Positions 19,093 to 28,850 of a DNA stretch of 64,000 nucleotides are shown piece after piece. Within the stretch, counting starts at the first letter, position 1; each line of letters opens with the position of its first letter. A program made the translations under genes and the position numbers. Source of the DNA: an uncultured Candidatus Saccharibacteria bacterium (GTDB lineage: Bacteria > Patescibacteriota > Minisyncoccia > Phycocordibacterales > JAKAEA01); the NCBI GenBank assembly GCA_964520645.1, contig CAZFND010000003.1:881-64880 (forward strand). Reading direction: 5' to 3'. The notes beneath the pieces were generated by a model, which saw nothing but the letters and a program-made list of their open reading frames with translations, had not been told where the DNA came from and searched no databases.

Positions 19093-19121
19093 ATAATAGC
19101 ATATAAAATATAAAAAGTCAA
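19093..19121 (-). promoter_or_regulatory. sigma-70-type promoter followed by boxA-like GTTCTTTG
   Basis: TTGACT-N17-TATTAT; GTTCTTTGTT about 8 nt downstream. Confidence 0.65.
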
Positions 19122-19137
19122 ATATTATAATGTATAG

Positions 19138-19164
19138 AAAAAAGGCCGCAGTTACGGCCCTTTT
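19138..19164. terminator. Terminator after gene 19222-20394
   Basis: AAAAAAGGCCGCAGTTACGGCCCTTTT hairpin flanked by A/T runs. Confidence 0.6.
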
Positions 19165-19221
19165 AAGTGACAGGGAAGCGTTTCTTCCAAGCACTTTATT
19201 TTTTAATTTTTTCCTTTTGAC

Positions 19222-20394
19222 TTAACTAACGGGTGTTTGAATAACTGGAGATGCACCAGACCCATCAACTAGAGTCTGCCCCTTAAATCCAGCTACTCCC
19301 TTTGCTCGTTCTTGAGCAACAAGTACCTGAGGGGCATGTGCACCTAGTGCATTCACCTTTGCTGCTAGAACGTTAGCTTCTGCCTTACCTACTTGTGTGA
19401 TAGCACTTGCTTTACCTCGCGCTTCTTCACTTTCGGCATCTGCTTTAAGTGTAGCTGCTGTTCTTGCTTCCAGCGCTTGTTCAAGAGCAAAATTTGCGTC
19501 ATATCCAGCAGAGTTGTAGGCAGCTACACCCATGCCAGTTGTCTGAATGGTGCCACTGTTTCCTAAGCTGGCATTGAGTACTGCTTGTTCGAATTCTCCA
19601 GGAGTTGCTTTCCCATCTTTTCCAATCTTAGAAGTTGCTTTTTCCAACTCTCGGATTGCATCAAGGTTCATTTTTCGGAAAAAGTCATTAATGGCTCCTG
19701 CGATCGCATCATGCACATGGAAATAATAATTCCCATTCAAAAGAACGTAAGGTGTAAGAAAGTTGTGGGTAATGAGTGTTGCTGTTCCCCAGTTACGAAT
19801 CTTAGCCTGTCCTTTTGTTTCAACCCCATCTACGGTTGTGATGAATCCAGGCACTTCAATACCCTCTACATCAACCGAAATGACTTGCTGTAAAGGAAGG
19901 TCGGTTACCCATGTGGTTCGCGTGACTATTCCACGGGTATTGTCTATTTTGTAATGGTCTGGATTTTTTTCAGCTTTTTCCTTATCTCCTGGTTTCAACG
20001 GACGACGGTAACTGACTGGTACGCTTACCACTTTGTTTGGGGGGAAACCATAAAAATATGCTCCCAATGTTCGTTCTGACCAGGTAGGGGGGTCTGGTTG
20101 ATGAAATACCGCAGGTCCAGTGTCTGTTGCAGGTTGAGGAAAAAGGACGGCTCCTGTTAATTGGTCTATTCCATAACCTGGTGGTAGGCCATGCAGTATT
20201 TTTACTACCTTATTGCCCTTCGAGATGATCTGCGCATATCCCGATCTACGGAAAGTAAAAATTATTTTTCTATTAGCCATGTCAGTCACTATTGATCGAG
20301 CCGCGAGAAGTAAAAAGGGTGTGGCAATTGTAATTCCACCAATGGCCAGAAAAATAAACAAAGCAAACACCACAATCGCAATAATCCATAACAT
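19222..20394 (-). CDS. Membrane-anchored protein with divergent SPFH/flotillin-like C-terminus
   Basis: N-terminal TM; AGAINDFFRKMNLDAI; Ala-rich ADAESEEARGKASAI..GKAEANVLAAK tail. Confidence 0.6.
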   Translation of the reverse strand: MLWIIAIVVFALFIFLAIGGITIATPFLLLAARSIVTDMANRKIIFTFRRSGYAQIISKGNKVVKILHGLPPGYGIDQLTGAVLFPQPATDTGPAVFHQPDPPTWSERTLGAYFYGFPPNKVVSVPVSYRRPLKPGDKEKAEKNPDHYKIDNTRGIVTRTTWVTDLPLQQVISVDVEGIEVPGFITTVDGVETKGQAKIRNWGTATLITHNFLTPYVLLNGNYYFHVHDAIAGAINDFFRKMNLDAIRELEKATSKIGKDGKATPGEFEQAVLNASLGNSGTIQTTGMGVAAYNSAGYDANFALEQALEARTAATLKADAESEEARGKASAITQVGKAEANVLAAKVNALGAHAPQVLVAQERAKGVAGFKGQTLVDGSGASPVIQTPVS

Positions 20395-20476
20395 GCTGAA
20401 CTCCTTCCGTTACAAACGGTTTTGGGGGGTTGAATAGTTAAGTTCAATGTCAGAGAACAACTGTAATCTATTATGT

Positions 20477-20504
20477 AATATATAATAAAATACTAAAAAG
20501 TCAA
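20477..20504 (-). promoter_or_regulatory. sigma-70-type promoter followed by boxA-like GTTCTCTGACA
   Basis: TTGACT-N16-TATATT; starts TTGACTTTTTA like the promoters at 19121 and 35551. Confidence 0.6.
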
Positions 20505-20518
20505 GTAAAACGATGTTG

Positions 20519-20600
20519 TGCCGAGGAGAGGACTTGAACCTCCATGGGTTACCCCGCTTGCTCCTAAGGCAAGTGCGTCTGCCAATTTCGCCACCTCGGC
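20519..20600 (-). tRNA. tRNA-Leu(TAG)
   Basis: GCCGAGG..CTTGC-CTTAGGA-GCAAG..GGTTCAAGTCC..CCTCGGCA; long variable arm; no encoded CCA. Confidence 0.97.
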
Positions 20601-20642
20601 ATTATTTGATTACGTAGCAATCAAAGATTCTGTTTATTATAG

Positions 20643-21986
20643 CTATTTTTTGTGTGTTAGCAATATAATATCTTTTTCTTCAAATGCTGTAATCCAACCC
20701 TCATTCTTTAAATCAGAAATAAATTGCTTATTATAAGTAGAAAATAGCACGCAATCTATAGAATGTTTTTTAAATTCTGCAGCACGATAATCTTTATCTT
20801 TTAGTATGTTGTTATAATTTTTAAAATAATCCTCTCCATTAAGCTTCCAGCTTGGCATACGACCATCTATATATACTTTGTGTGTTGGAAGTTTCCAGAT
20901 TAAATAGCCCCCATAATTGTAATAATTAAAAATAGTAGAGCAGGTGTTATTGGCTTTAATAAAATCAATTTCTTTTTCGGGGTATACGACATGATATCCT
21001 GTGGTGTTATAGATACCTCCTGCTGCAAGTCCTAATGCTAGACCAAAACTAATGTATATCATTTCCCATTTTTTTAGTTTTGTTTGTAGTGACGTTCGTA
21101 GATCTGCTAGCGCATATTCAAAATGCTTAAGCATTTCGGCACTAAAAAACAGGTAGTATCTAATAGATGAAAGTGACATAAGCAAAAATATCATTGGTAG
21201 AGAAATGATATTTTTCCATGTGAATTTCTTTGTAGCTAACAAAATTCCAAGAAGGGGAATAATTGTTACATAATAAAGTTGAGGGATTGCAAATCGTTTC
21301 CATTCAGAAACATAGACATGAAGATTGCTATCAAAAACTGTTCTAAATATTTCTATATATACTTTAAAACCATACGGATTGATACAGGTAGCAAGTACAG
21401 AAAGTCCAATAACATACCAGGGGATAGTATGCTCCTTAATTATTTTATAAAACAATAGTACTCCCAATCCTAAAATAAAACTGCCATGCATATTACTCCA
21501 GAGAAGTATGAGGAGAGGAATGAACCATACTATATTTTTTCGCGAGCTTTCAAGCAGCCGTTGTAAAAGCGCAAAAAATACTAGTGACCATGCTGATGGT
21601 CGAACAAAACTAAAGGAAAGAATAGACACACTCGTAGCGACAAGTACGACTTCGTCATACAAGCGTGAGGCAAGAAAAATTCCAAGCGTCCAGATGGCTG
21701 CAAACACAATAGCTAACAGATAAAAACCTCCAATATTGTATAGAAGTGCCGTAATCACATCACTGAGCCATTCATGATTGATCCATTCAAAATGAGATGC
21801 TGTGTACGTATACACGTCATAGTGGGGAACACCATGGCTTAAAATGTAATTTCCAGCTTGCAAGTGCCACCCAAAATCAGGATCAAAAAGAATAGATGTG
21901 TTAACCAAAAAAACAACAAAAACAATCGCAACACTAGAAGTAAATTTCCAATTAATGGGGGATAAATACTTCTTCAAGAAAAACAT
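20643..21986 (-). CDS. Polytopic membrane protein, probable GT-C-fold glycosyltransferase
   Basis: DPDFGWHL..G, WINHEWLSD, LWSNMHGSF, INPYG, SEW, YNYGGYLIW, VYIDGR; ~11 TM. Confidence 0.65.
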   Translation of the reverse strand: MFFLKKYLSPINWKFTSSVAIVFVVFLVNTSILFDPDFGWHLQAGNYILSHGVPHYDVYTYTASHFEWINHEWLSDVITALLYNIGGFYLLAIVFAAIWTLGIFLASRLYDEVVLVATSVSILSFSFVRPSAWSLVFFALLQRLLESSRKNIVWFIPLLILLWSNMHGSFILGLGVLLFYKIIKEHTIPWYVIGLSVLATCINPYGFKVYIEIFRTVFDSNLHVYVSEWKRFAIPQLYYVTIIPLLGILLATKKFTWKNIISLPMIFLLMSLSSIRYYLFFSAEMLKHFEYALADLRTSLQTKLKKWEMIYISFGLALGLAAGGIYNTTGYHVVYPEKEIDFIKANNTCSTIFNYYNYGGYLIWKLPTHKVYIDGRMPSWKLNGEDYFKNYNNILKDKDYRAAEFKKHSIDCVLFSTYNKQFISDLKNEGWITAFEEKDIILLTHKK

Positions 21987-21992
21987 AAAATG

Positions 21993-22065
21993 TCCACCCA
22001 GCAGGATTCGAACCTGCGACCTACCGCTTAAGAGGCGGATGCTCTACCAACTGAGCTATAGGTGG
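21993..22065 (-). tRNA. tRNA-Lys(CTT)
   Basis: CCACCTA-TAGCTCAGTTGGTAGAGC..CTCTTAA..GGTTCGAATCC..TGGGTGGA. Confidence 0.95.
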
Positions 22066-22117
22066 ATATAGGTTTTTATACCATATATTTCTTCAAAAAT
22101 CTAATGAGAAATGAATG

Positions 22118-22199
22118 TGCCCGGGGCGGGAATCGAACCCGCATCCCTTTCGAGACACGATTTTAAGTCGTGCGCGTATACCAGTTCCGCCACCCGGGC
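22118..22199 (-). tRNA. tRNA-Leu(TAA)
   Basis: CACGA-CTTAAAA-TCGTG anticodon arm; GGTTCGATTCC. Confidence 0.97.
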
Positions 22200-22254
22200 A
22201 TTGTAAAATGAACACACAATCAGATTATCATACAGATATGTATATAATCTAGTG

Positions 22255-22326
22255 AGGCCACGGCGAGAATCGAACTCGCGCATAGAGATTTTGCAGATCT
22301 CCGAATTACCACTTTTCTACGTGGCC
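22255..22326 (-). tRNA. tRNA-Cys(GCA)
   Basis: GAGAT-CTGCAAA-ATCTC; U discriminator; AGTTCGATTCT. Confidence 0.96.
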
Positions 22327-22330
22327 GTAT

Positions 22331-22657
22331 TTAATTTCCCAAACTTAATTCATCAATTCGCTGACGATTCTTTTCTCCAAAATCGACAGCAAAGTCGAAG
22401 AAGGGCAATCTACCAATCTTTGAATGCTCTTTTACATACTGTTTGAATTCTGAGCGTTTGCGCTTGGTGAATTCAAGAGCATCTTCCTGCTTATCATCTG
22501 GGAAGACTGTGAAAAAAATTGTAGCTTCTTTCATTTTATCACCAAGTTCTGCTCGTGTAACGGTAATAAGTGACTGCCCATTTGATTCTCGTTGAAGAAA
22601 ATCAGCAGCCAGGTTTTTGAGTTGTTCTTCTATTTTTATTTCTCGTGAGCCAGCCAT
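22331..22657 (-). CDS. rbfA: Ribosome-binding factor A
   Basis: LITVTRAEL..ATIFFTV, LPFFDFAVDFGEKNRQRIDEL; downstream of infB. Confidence 0.9.
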   Translation of the reverse strand: MAGSREIKIEEQLKNLAADFLQRESNGQSLITVTRAELGDKMKEATIFFTVFPDDKQEDALEFTKRKRSEFKQYVKEHSKIGRLPFFDFAVDFGEKNRQRIDELSLGN

Positions 22658-22661
22658 GGTA

Positions 22662-24167
22662 TTATTTTTCTACAATTCTGAATGATTCAATTTTATCTCC
22701 CGGAGCAATTTCTATCTTCGATTCGATGAGTGCTCCAAACTCCAATCCTTCACCGACTTCACTTACTTTCTTTTTGAGATGTTGTAATTCGCGAACACGT
22801 CCTTCTCCAATCTGGAAATTTCGACGAGTAATCTTTACTTCAGCTCCGAGCATGAGCATTCCTTGTTCTACTTTTCCTCCAAGTACTTGCTTGTCTTTGG
22901 TTTTACTGAAGATCTTAATGATTTTTGCGATACCGGTAGATTCTTCAGTTTTAACTTTTGGTGTTCGAGCTTCTACGACGGTCTGGAACCATTCAGTGAG
23001 TTTGTAGATGACATCGAATAGATGAATTTCAATTCCCATTTTTTCTGCTTGGCTTTGAGCTGATGCATCTATCTTTGTTCCAAATCCTACAATAAGAGTA
23101 TTTTCTCGAGCACTTGCTATTTTTACATCATTTTCGGAAATGTCGCCAATACCACTTTGGATAATTTTTATCTTGATTTTTTCGTTCTTAATTTTCTTCA
23201 GTTCATACTGAATGGCATCAAGTCCACCTGATTCATTCGCTTTAATAAGAATAGGGATGATAGCTACATCCTCTGCACTATGATCTTGAGATGTAAATTT
23301 TGTTGGAGAACTACTTTTTGCTGCAGTTACAGCAGCTTCTGCTTCTTTCTTTGTTGCATAGCTTTGGAATGTGAGACCTACTTGTGGTAATTCATTCCAT
23401 CCTATAATTCGTATTGGGCTTGAGAAGGTAGCTTCTTTAATCGGCTTTCCAAGAAAGTTCTCAATCATTCGGACAGGAGAGAGGGCAGTACCTGATACAA
23501 CTGTCATTCCTGTCTTGAGTGCACCGTCTTTTATGATAAGTGTAGCTGATATACCTTTCTTTTTATCAAGATTTGCTTCAATGATGACTCCTTCAGCTGG
23601 TTTTGCAGGATCTGCTTTTAATTCTTCTACTTCTGTTTGCAAAATAATAAGATCTAAAAGGTCAGAAATTCCTTGCCCAGTTTTTGCAGAAATAGGTACA
23701 AATGGAATTGTTCCTCCGTATCCTTCAACATAGATTTCATGTTCAGCAAGAGAATTTTTTGTGCGATCAATATCAGCACCAGGCTTATCCATTTTATTAA
23801 TCGCAACAATACATGGAATTTCTGCTTTTTGAATAGTTTTGAAAGCTTCTACTGTTTGAGGCTTTACTCCATCTTCACCAGATACAACTAAGATAGCAAT
23901 ATCCGCAACATGTGCTCCACGTGATCGAATAGCCGCAAATGATTCGTGGCCTGGAGTGTCAAGAAAGGTAATGGCATGTTCTTTACCATCTTTTGCCTTA
24001 TGCATTACTTCATATGCAGAGATTCGCTGGGTGATTCCACCAGCTTCAGTATCTACGATATTAGTTTTGCGAATATAATCCAGGAGAGTAGATTTTCCAT
24101 GGTCAATATGCCCCATTATGGCAATAACGGGAGAGCGCTCTATGAGGTTGTGTTGATTCTCTTTCAT
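22662..24167 (-). CDS. infB: Translation initiation factor IF-2 (lacks N-terminal domains)
   Basis: [41 protein letters not shown]. Confidence 0.98.
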   Translation of the reverse strand: MKENQHNLIERSPVIAIMGHIDHGKSTLLDYIRKTNIVDTEAGGITQRISAYEVMHKAKDGKEHAITFLDTPGHESFAAIRSRGAHVADIAILVVSGEDGVKPQTVEAFKTIQKAEIPCIVAINKMDKPGADIDRTKNSLAEHEIYVEGYGGTIPFVPISAKTGQGISDLLDLIILQTEVEELKADPAKPAEGVIIEANLDKKKGISATLIIKDGALKTGMTVVSGTALSPVRMIENFLGKPIKEATFSSPIRIIGWNELPQVGLTFQSYATKKEAEAAVTAAKSSSPTKFTSQDHSAEDVAIIPILIKANESGGLDAIQYELKKIKNEKIKIKIIQSGIGDISENDVKIASARENTLIVGFGTKIDASAQSQAEKMGIEIHLFDVIYKLTEWFQTVVEARTPKVKTEESTGIAKIIKIFSKTKDKQVLGGKVEQGMLMLGAEVKITRRNFQIGEGRVRELQHLKKKVSEVGEGLEFGALIESKIEIAPGDKIESFRIVEK

Positions 24168-24196
24168 ATAATGTGATGTATGCTCTCATAAGCAAA

Positions 24197-24676
24197 TTAC
24201 TTTGATAAGCTTTCTTTTGCTTTTTTGATTGCTTCTTTTTCTTCGTCAGTAAGCTCAAAATCTGATGTACCATTTTTAACAGGCTTTGCAAACATACTTA
24301 TCCTGTCTCGGGCGTACATGCTTGTCAATACGATGCCATTTTCTTTTTCTGAAAGAAATGCAGTACTGAAGCTGTTATTTCCACCTCCACCTGAGCCTTG
24401 AAAAGGATTGAATCGAATGGTTTCAATGCTTTGCACACTCATGTTGAGTCGTCGTTCTACTGTTGTAAGATATGATTCCATATCTTTGGTAAATGCCTTG
24501 AGTTGCTTCAAGTCTTGTGTAACATGCACAAGTGCTTCTTCAAGATTATTGGCATTTTTACCCATGAGCAGCTTCTTACATTTACCTTCAAGCCGCACCG
24601 CCCATGCAATTAATACAATGAACAATATTCCAATGCCTGACACACAACTTATAAGTATAGTATTGCTTATATACAT
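24197..24676 (-). CDS. DUF4446 family protein
   Basis: TM plus coiled coil plus IRFNPF..GGNNSFS.AFL..NGIVLTSMYARD..FAKPV..G.S..ELTDEE. Confidence 0.85.
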   Translation of the reverse strand: MYISNTILISCVSGIGILFIVLIAWAVRLEGKCKKLLMGKNANNLEEALVHVTQDLKQLKAFTKDMESYLTTVERRLNMSVQSIETIRFNPFQGSGGGGNNSFSTAFLSEKENGIVLTSMYARDRISMFAKPVKNGTSDFELTDEEKEAIKKAKESLSK

Positions 24677-24730
24677 AAAAAGATTAAAGTGGGGTATTGC
24701 AATTTCATATAGTACAGTAAAATGAGGAAT

Positions 24731-25891
24731 ATGAAAAGGAGAATATATTTAGATTATGCTTCAACTACGCCTTTAGACAAAAAGGTGTTTAAAGCCATGC
24801 TTCCGTATTATAGAGAGAATTTTGGTAATCCATCTGCACTTTATCAGGAAGGATTGCTCACAAAAGATGTCATAAAAACAGCTCGCAAGAACATTGCAGA
24901 CATTTTAGCAATAAAACCAGAAGAAATTATTTTTACTGCAAGTGGCACAGAATCAGATAACATGGCGCTTGTTGGAATATTCAATAAATATAAAAAAAAC
25001 TTTAAGCCTCACATTATTACGACAAATATAGAACACCCCGGCATTCTTGAAGTGTGTAAGCACATAGAAAAAGAGGGTGGAGAGGTAACATATGTACCGG
25101 TTGAGTCAGACGGCATAGTAAATCCAGAAAAAATTAAAGCTGCGCTCAAGCCTACAACTGTCTTAGTCTCAGTCATGTATGTAAATAACGAAATTGGTAC
25201 GATTCAGCCACTACGAGAAATTTCTAGAATAATAAAAGAATACAATACGAATACTACAGCTTCACACTTTGTAGCATTTCACACCGATGCGTGTCAGGCA
25301 GCAAATTATCTTGATCTTAGCTTCCAGAAGTTGGGTGTAGATATGATGACGCTTGATGCTTCAAAATTTTATGGCCCTAAGGGAATTGGATTATTGGCAA
25401 TTAAACGAAGTGTTGAAATTGAGCCAATGATACATGGAGGAGGGCAAGAAAGGGGATTGCGAGCTGGTACCGAAAACACTCCCGCAATAGTTGGAATGGC
25501 AGAGGCTCTTGTAATGGCTCAGTCAATGAAAGAAAAAGAAACCATTCGTTTATTAAAACTTAAAGAATATTTTATCTCAAATGTAATAAAGTATGTTCCA
25601 GGCGTCATTATTAACGGGGACACTGAGAAATCTCTTCCAAATACTGTTAATATTTGTATTCCCGATATCGATGCAGAGTTTGCTGTAATTAAGCTCGATT
25701 ATCTTGGTGTAGCATGCTCATCAGCAAGTGCATGTATGAATTTATCAAAAGATTCTTATTCATACGTGATAGATGCCCTTAATAAGGATTGTAGAGAATC
25801 ATCGTTGCGATTTACCTTTGGAAGAGCTACATCATTGAGAGAAGTCGAATTGACTTTACACAAAATTCAGTCTATAATTATTACACAATAA
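24731..25891 (+). CDS. iscS: Cysteine desulfurase (IscS/NifS family)
   Basis: IYLDYASTTP, GNPSA, SGTESDN, HTDACQA, SKFYGPKG, SSASAC. Confidence 0.93.
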   Translation: MKRRIYLDYASTTPLDKKVFKAMLPYYRENFGNPSALYQEGLLTKDVIKTARKNIADILAIKPEEIIFTASGTESDNMALVGIFNKYKKNFKPHIITTNIEHPGILEVCKHIEKEGGEVTYVPVESDGIVNPEKIKAALKPTTVLVSVMYVNNEIGTIQPLREISRIIKEYNTNTTASHFVAFHTDACQAANYLDLSFQKLGVDMMTLDASKFYGPKGIGLLAIKRSVEIEPMIHGGGQERGLRAGTENTPAIVGMAEALVMAQSMKEKETIRLLKLKEYFISNVIKYVPGVIINGDTEKSLPNTVNICIPDIDAEFAVIKLDYLGVACSSASACMNLSKDSYSYVIDALNKDCRESSLRFTFGRATSLREVELTLHKIQSIIITQ

Positions 25892-25909
25892 CTACTACTT
25901 TTTATTTAT

Positions 25910-28588
25910 ATGCCTCCATTACATCAATTTACAACAAAAGCCAAAGAGGCGATTCGGCGAGCGCATGAGCTTGCTATTGAACGTGGGCAAAATCACGTTA
26001 ATCCTCTTCACTTATTAGCTGCTCTTATTCTTCAAGAAGAAAGTATGGTTGCATCTGTACTCGATAAGCTTGAGGTAGACACAATGCTTCTTACTGATTC
26101 ATTACTTGAAGCTATCGAAGCTCCAGAAGGAGGTGCTACACTTAACCCTTCATACCAAATTTACCTTACTCCTGACCTTGCTCAGGCTATAGAAAGTGCC
26201 GTAAAAGTGGCAAAAAGCCTTAATGATGAGTTTATTTCAACAGAACACCTCTTTATAGCTATATTAGATATTAATGGCCCTGCAAAGGATCTTTTGACTA
26301 AATTTAGAATTGAAAAAGATTCTGTACTTCGCGTACTTGAAGAGCTCAAGAATAGTAAAGTTACTGATGTTCATACTCCAAAAAAATTTAAGGCACTTAA
26401 TAAATACACACGAAGTCTCACAAAGTTGGCCGCAGAAAACAGACTTGATCCTGTAGTTGGACGTGACACCGAAATTGGACGAATCATCCAAATTCTTTCT
26501 CGACGAACAAAAAACAACCCAATTCTTATTGGAGAAGCAGGAGTAGGAAAAACTGCAATTGCAGAAGGATTGGCGGTCCGAATGGCACAAGGTGATGTCC
26601 CAGAATCTCTTAAAGATAAAGAGCTTGTTTCACTTGATCTTGGTGCACTCGTTGCGGGTACAAAGTATCGTGGTGAATTTGAAGAACGACTCAAAAATAT
26701 TTTGAAAGAAATTGAACGATCAAATGGGAAAGTAATTCTTTTCATTGATGAAATTCATACTATTGTAGGTGCAGGAGCTGCAGAAGGATCTCTTGATGCT
26801 TCAAATATGTTGAAGCCAGCGCTTGCTCGTGGAGATTTGCGAGCGATTGGAGCAACGACCCTCAAAGAATATCAAAAGCATATTGAAAAAGATCCTGCAC
26901 TCACTCGAAGATTTCAGCCTGTATATGTAAATGAACCGTCTGTAGAAGATACAATCGCTATCTTGAGAGGATTGAAAGAAAAATATGAAAATTATCACGG
27001 AGTACGTATTACAGATGACGCAATTGTTGCAGCGGTAAATCTTTCAAGCCGATATATTACTGATCGTTTCCTTCCGGACAAAGCAGTAGATCTTATCGAT
27101 GAATCTGCATCATATTTAAAGATAACTCTTGAGAATATGCCGCCAATATTGCAAGAAACACACGCTCGTGTGATGCGTCTTGAAATTGAACGTGAAGCTC
27201 TCAAGAAAGAAACATCTCAAAAATTAAAGGATCGCGTTAAAGAAATTGAAAAAGAAATTGCAGATCTTAAAGAACAAACATCAGAAATAGAACTTAAGTG
27301 GAAAAATGAAAAAGAAATTCTTACTGATATAAAAACGCTCAAGAAAGATCTCGAATCTCTCCGATTGGATGCAGAAAGTGCAGAAGCTCGAGCAGATCTT
27401 GGAAAAGCTGCCGAAATTCGCTATGGAAAAATTCCTCAACTTGAAAAAGAATTGGATACAAAGATGAAGCGAATGAAAAAGCTTCAAAGTTCACGTCGAA
27501 TTCTTAAAGAAGAAATTACTGCTCAGGATATTGCTGATGTTGTTTCAAAGTGGACGACTATTCCAGTATCTAGAATGCTAGAAAAAGAAGCAGAAAAGCT
27601 TAGTCGAATGGAAGAAGATCTAAAGAAACGAATTATCGGTCAGGATGAAGCAGTGAAGAAGATTTCAGATACCGTAAAGCGATCACGAGCCGGTATTGCA
27701 GACCCAAATCGACCAATTGGCTCATTTATCTTCCTTGGTCCTACTGGTGTGGGTAAAACTGAGCTTACTAAGGCTCTTGCTGAATTCATGTTTGATGATG
27801 AAAAGGCACTCATCAGAATTGATATGTCTGAATTTATGGAAAAGCACTCAGTATCAAAGCTTATTGGTGCTCCTGCAGGATATGTAGGATATGATGAAGG
27901 AGGTAACTTTACAGAAATGATTCGTCATCGACCATACTCTGTAATTCTCTTGGATGAAATTGAAAAAGCACATCCAGAGGTATTCAACTTACTTCTTCAA
28001 GTCCTTGATAACGGCCATCTTACAGATGCAAAAGGCCGTCGTGTAAACTTCAAAAATACTATTATCATCATGACATCCAACTTGGGTGCTCAGTATATTG
28101 ATAAAATGCAGAAATTCGGTTTTGGAGAAGCTACATCAGAGCAAGCTGAATATTCTAATGTGAAAGATAAAGTCATGGAGAGTTTGAAAGAATTCTTCAG
28201 ACCTGAATTCTTAAACCGAATTGATGACATTGTTGTCTTCGACATTCTCAATCAGCAATCAATTGCAGAAATCGTAAAAATCCAAGTAGATCTCATCAAA
28301 GAGCGTCTTGCAGCAAAAGAAATTAAGCTCGATATAAACCAAGAAGTATATGATTATCTTTCAAAAGAAGGATACAATCCACAATACGGTGCACGACCTC
28401 TCAAGAGACTTATTCAAAATAAGATTCTTACTCCAGTCGCATCACTTATGATTTCTAAGGGCGTTATGAAAGGTGGAGAAATCAAAGTGGGTCTCAAAGA
28501 TAGCCAGTTTACGTTTGATGTAAAGAAGGGAAGAAAAGGAAGTATCTTCCGAGAAGAAATTATTTCTACGGACGAATTGGTGAAGTAA
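25910..28588 (+). CDS. clpB: ATP-dependent chaperone ClpB
   Basis: Clp-N domain, two AAA modules ([16 protein letters not shown]), long M-domain with [11 protein letters not shown]. Confidence 0.96.
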   Translation: MPPLHQFTTKAKEAIRRAHELAIERGQNHVNPLHLLAALILQEESMVASVLDKLEVDTMLLTDSLLEAIEAPEGGATLNPSYQIYLTPDLAQAIESAVKVAKSLNDEFISTEHLFIAILDINGPAKDLLTKFRIEKDSVLRVLEELKNSKVTDVHTPKKFKALNKYTRSLTKLAAENRLDPVVGRDTEIGRIIQILSRRTKNNPILIGEAGVGKTAIAEGLAVRMAQGDVPESLKDKELVSLDLGALVAGTKYRGEFEERLKNILKEIERSNGKVILFIDEIHTIVGAGAAEGSLDASNMLKPALARGDLRAIGATTLKEYQKHIEKDPALTRRFQPVYVNEPSVEDTIAILRGLKEKYENYHGVRITDDAIVAAVNLSSRYITDRFLPDKAVDLIDESASYLKITLENMPPILQETHARVMRLEIEREALKKETSQKLKDRVKEIEKEIADLKEQTSEIELKWKNEKEILTDIKTLKKDLESLRLDAESAEARADLGKAAEIRYGKIPQLEKELDTKMKRMKKLQSSRRILKEEITAQDIADVVSKWTTIPVSRMLEKEAEKLSRMEEDLKKRIIGQDEAVKKISDTVKRSRAGIADPNRPIGSFIFLGPTGVGKTELTKALAEFMFDDEKALIRIDMSEFMEKHSVSKLIGAPAGYVGYDEGGNFTEMIRHRPYSVILLDEIEKAHPEVFNLLLQVLDNGHLTDAKGRRVNFKNTIIIMTSNLGAQYIDKMQKFGFGEATSEQAEYSNVKDKVMESLKEFFRPEFLNRIDDIVVFDILNQQSIAEIVKIQVDLIKERLAAKEIKLDINQEVYDYLSKEGYNPQYGARPLKRLIQNKILTPVASLMISKGVMKGGEIKVGLKDSQFTFDVKKGRKGSIFREEIISTDELVK

Positions 28589-28610
28589 ATATACTATTCA
28601 CAACTTAATT

Positions 28611-28708
28611 AACCGCCTCACCCCAGCCCCTCTCCTTACCAGGAGAGGGGTTTGTGGTATTTCCTCTCCTGGTAAGGAGAGGATGTCCGAAGGACAGGAG
28701 AGGCGGTT
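28611..28708. repeat. Palindromic intergenic repeat (BoxC/REP-like), copy 2
   Basis: AACCGCCTCACCCCAGCCCCTCTCCTTACCAGGAGAGGGG...CCTCTCCTGGTAAGGAGAGG..AGGCGGTT. Confidence 0.85.
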
Positions 28709-28765
28709 CACATTTGTACGGTTTTATGATAAGTTTGAATACACAACTTATATAACGTTGTAGAT

Positions 28766-28847
28766 GCGTAGGTACTCAAGTGGTCAACGAGGTCTGACTG
28801 TAAATCAGATGGCACCGCCTTCGGGGGTTCGAATCCCTCCCTACGCA
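28766..28847 (+). tRNA. tRNA-Tyr(GTA)
   Basis: GCGTAGG..TCTGA-CTGTAAA-TCAGA..GGTTCGAATCC..CCTACGCA. Confidence 0.96.
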
Positions 28848-28850
28848 CAA

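Noticed and set aside
22662-24167. Truncated infB as a pseudogene
   Set aside because: G-domain through C-terminal domains are complete; N-terminally short IF2 is usual in CPR
28764-28850. N-terminal extension of Ddl in the ORF track
   Set aside because: It is the tRNA-Tyr gene read in frame
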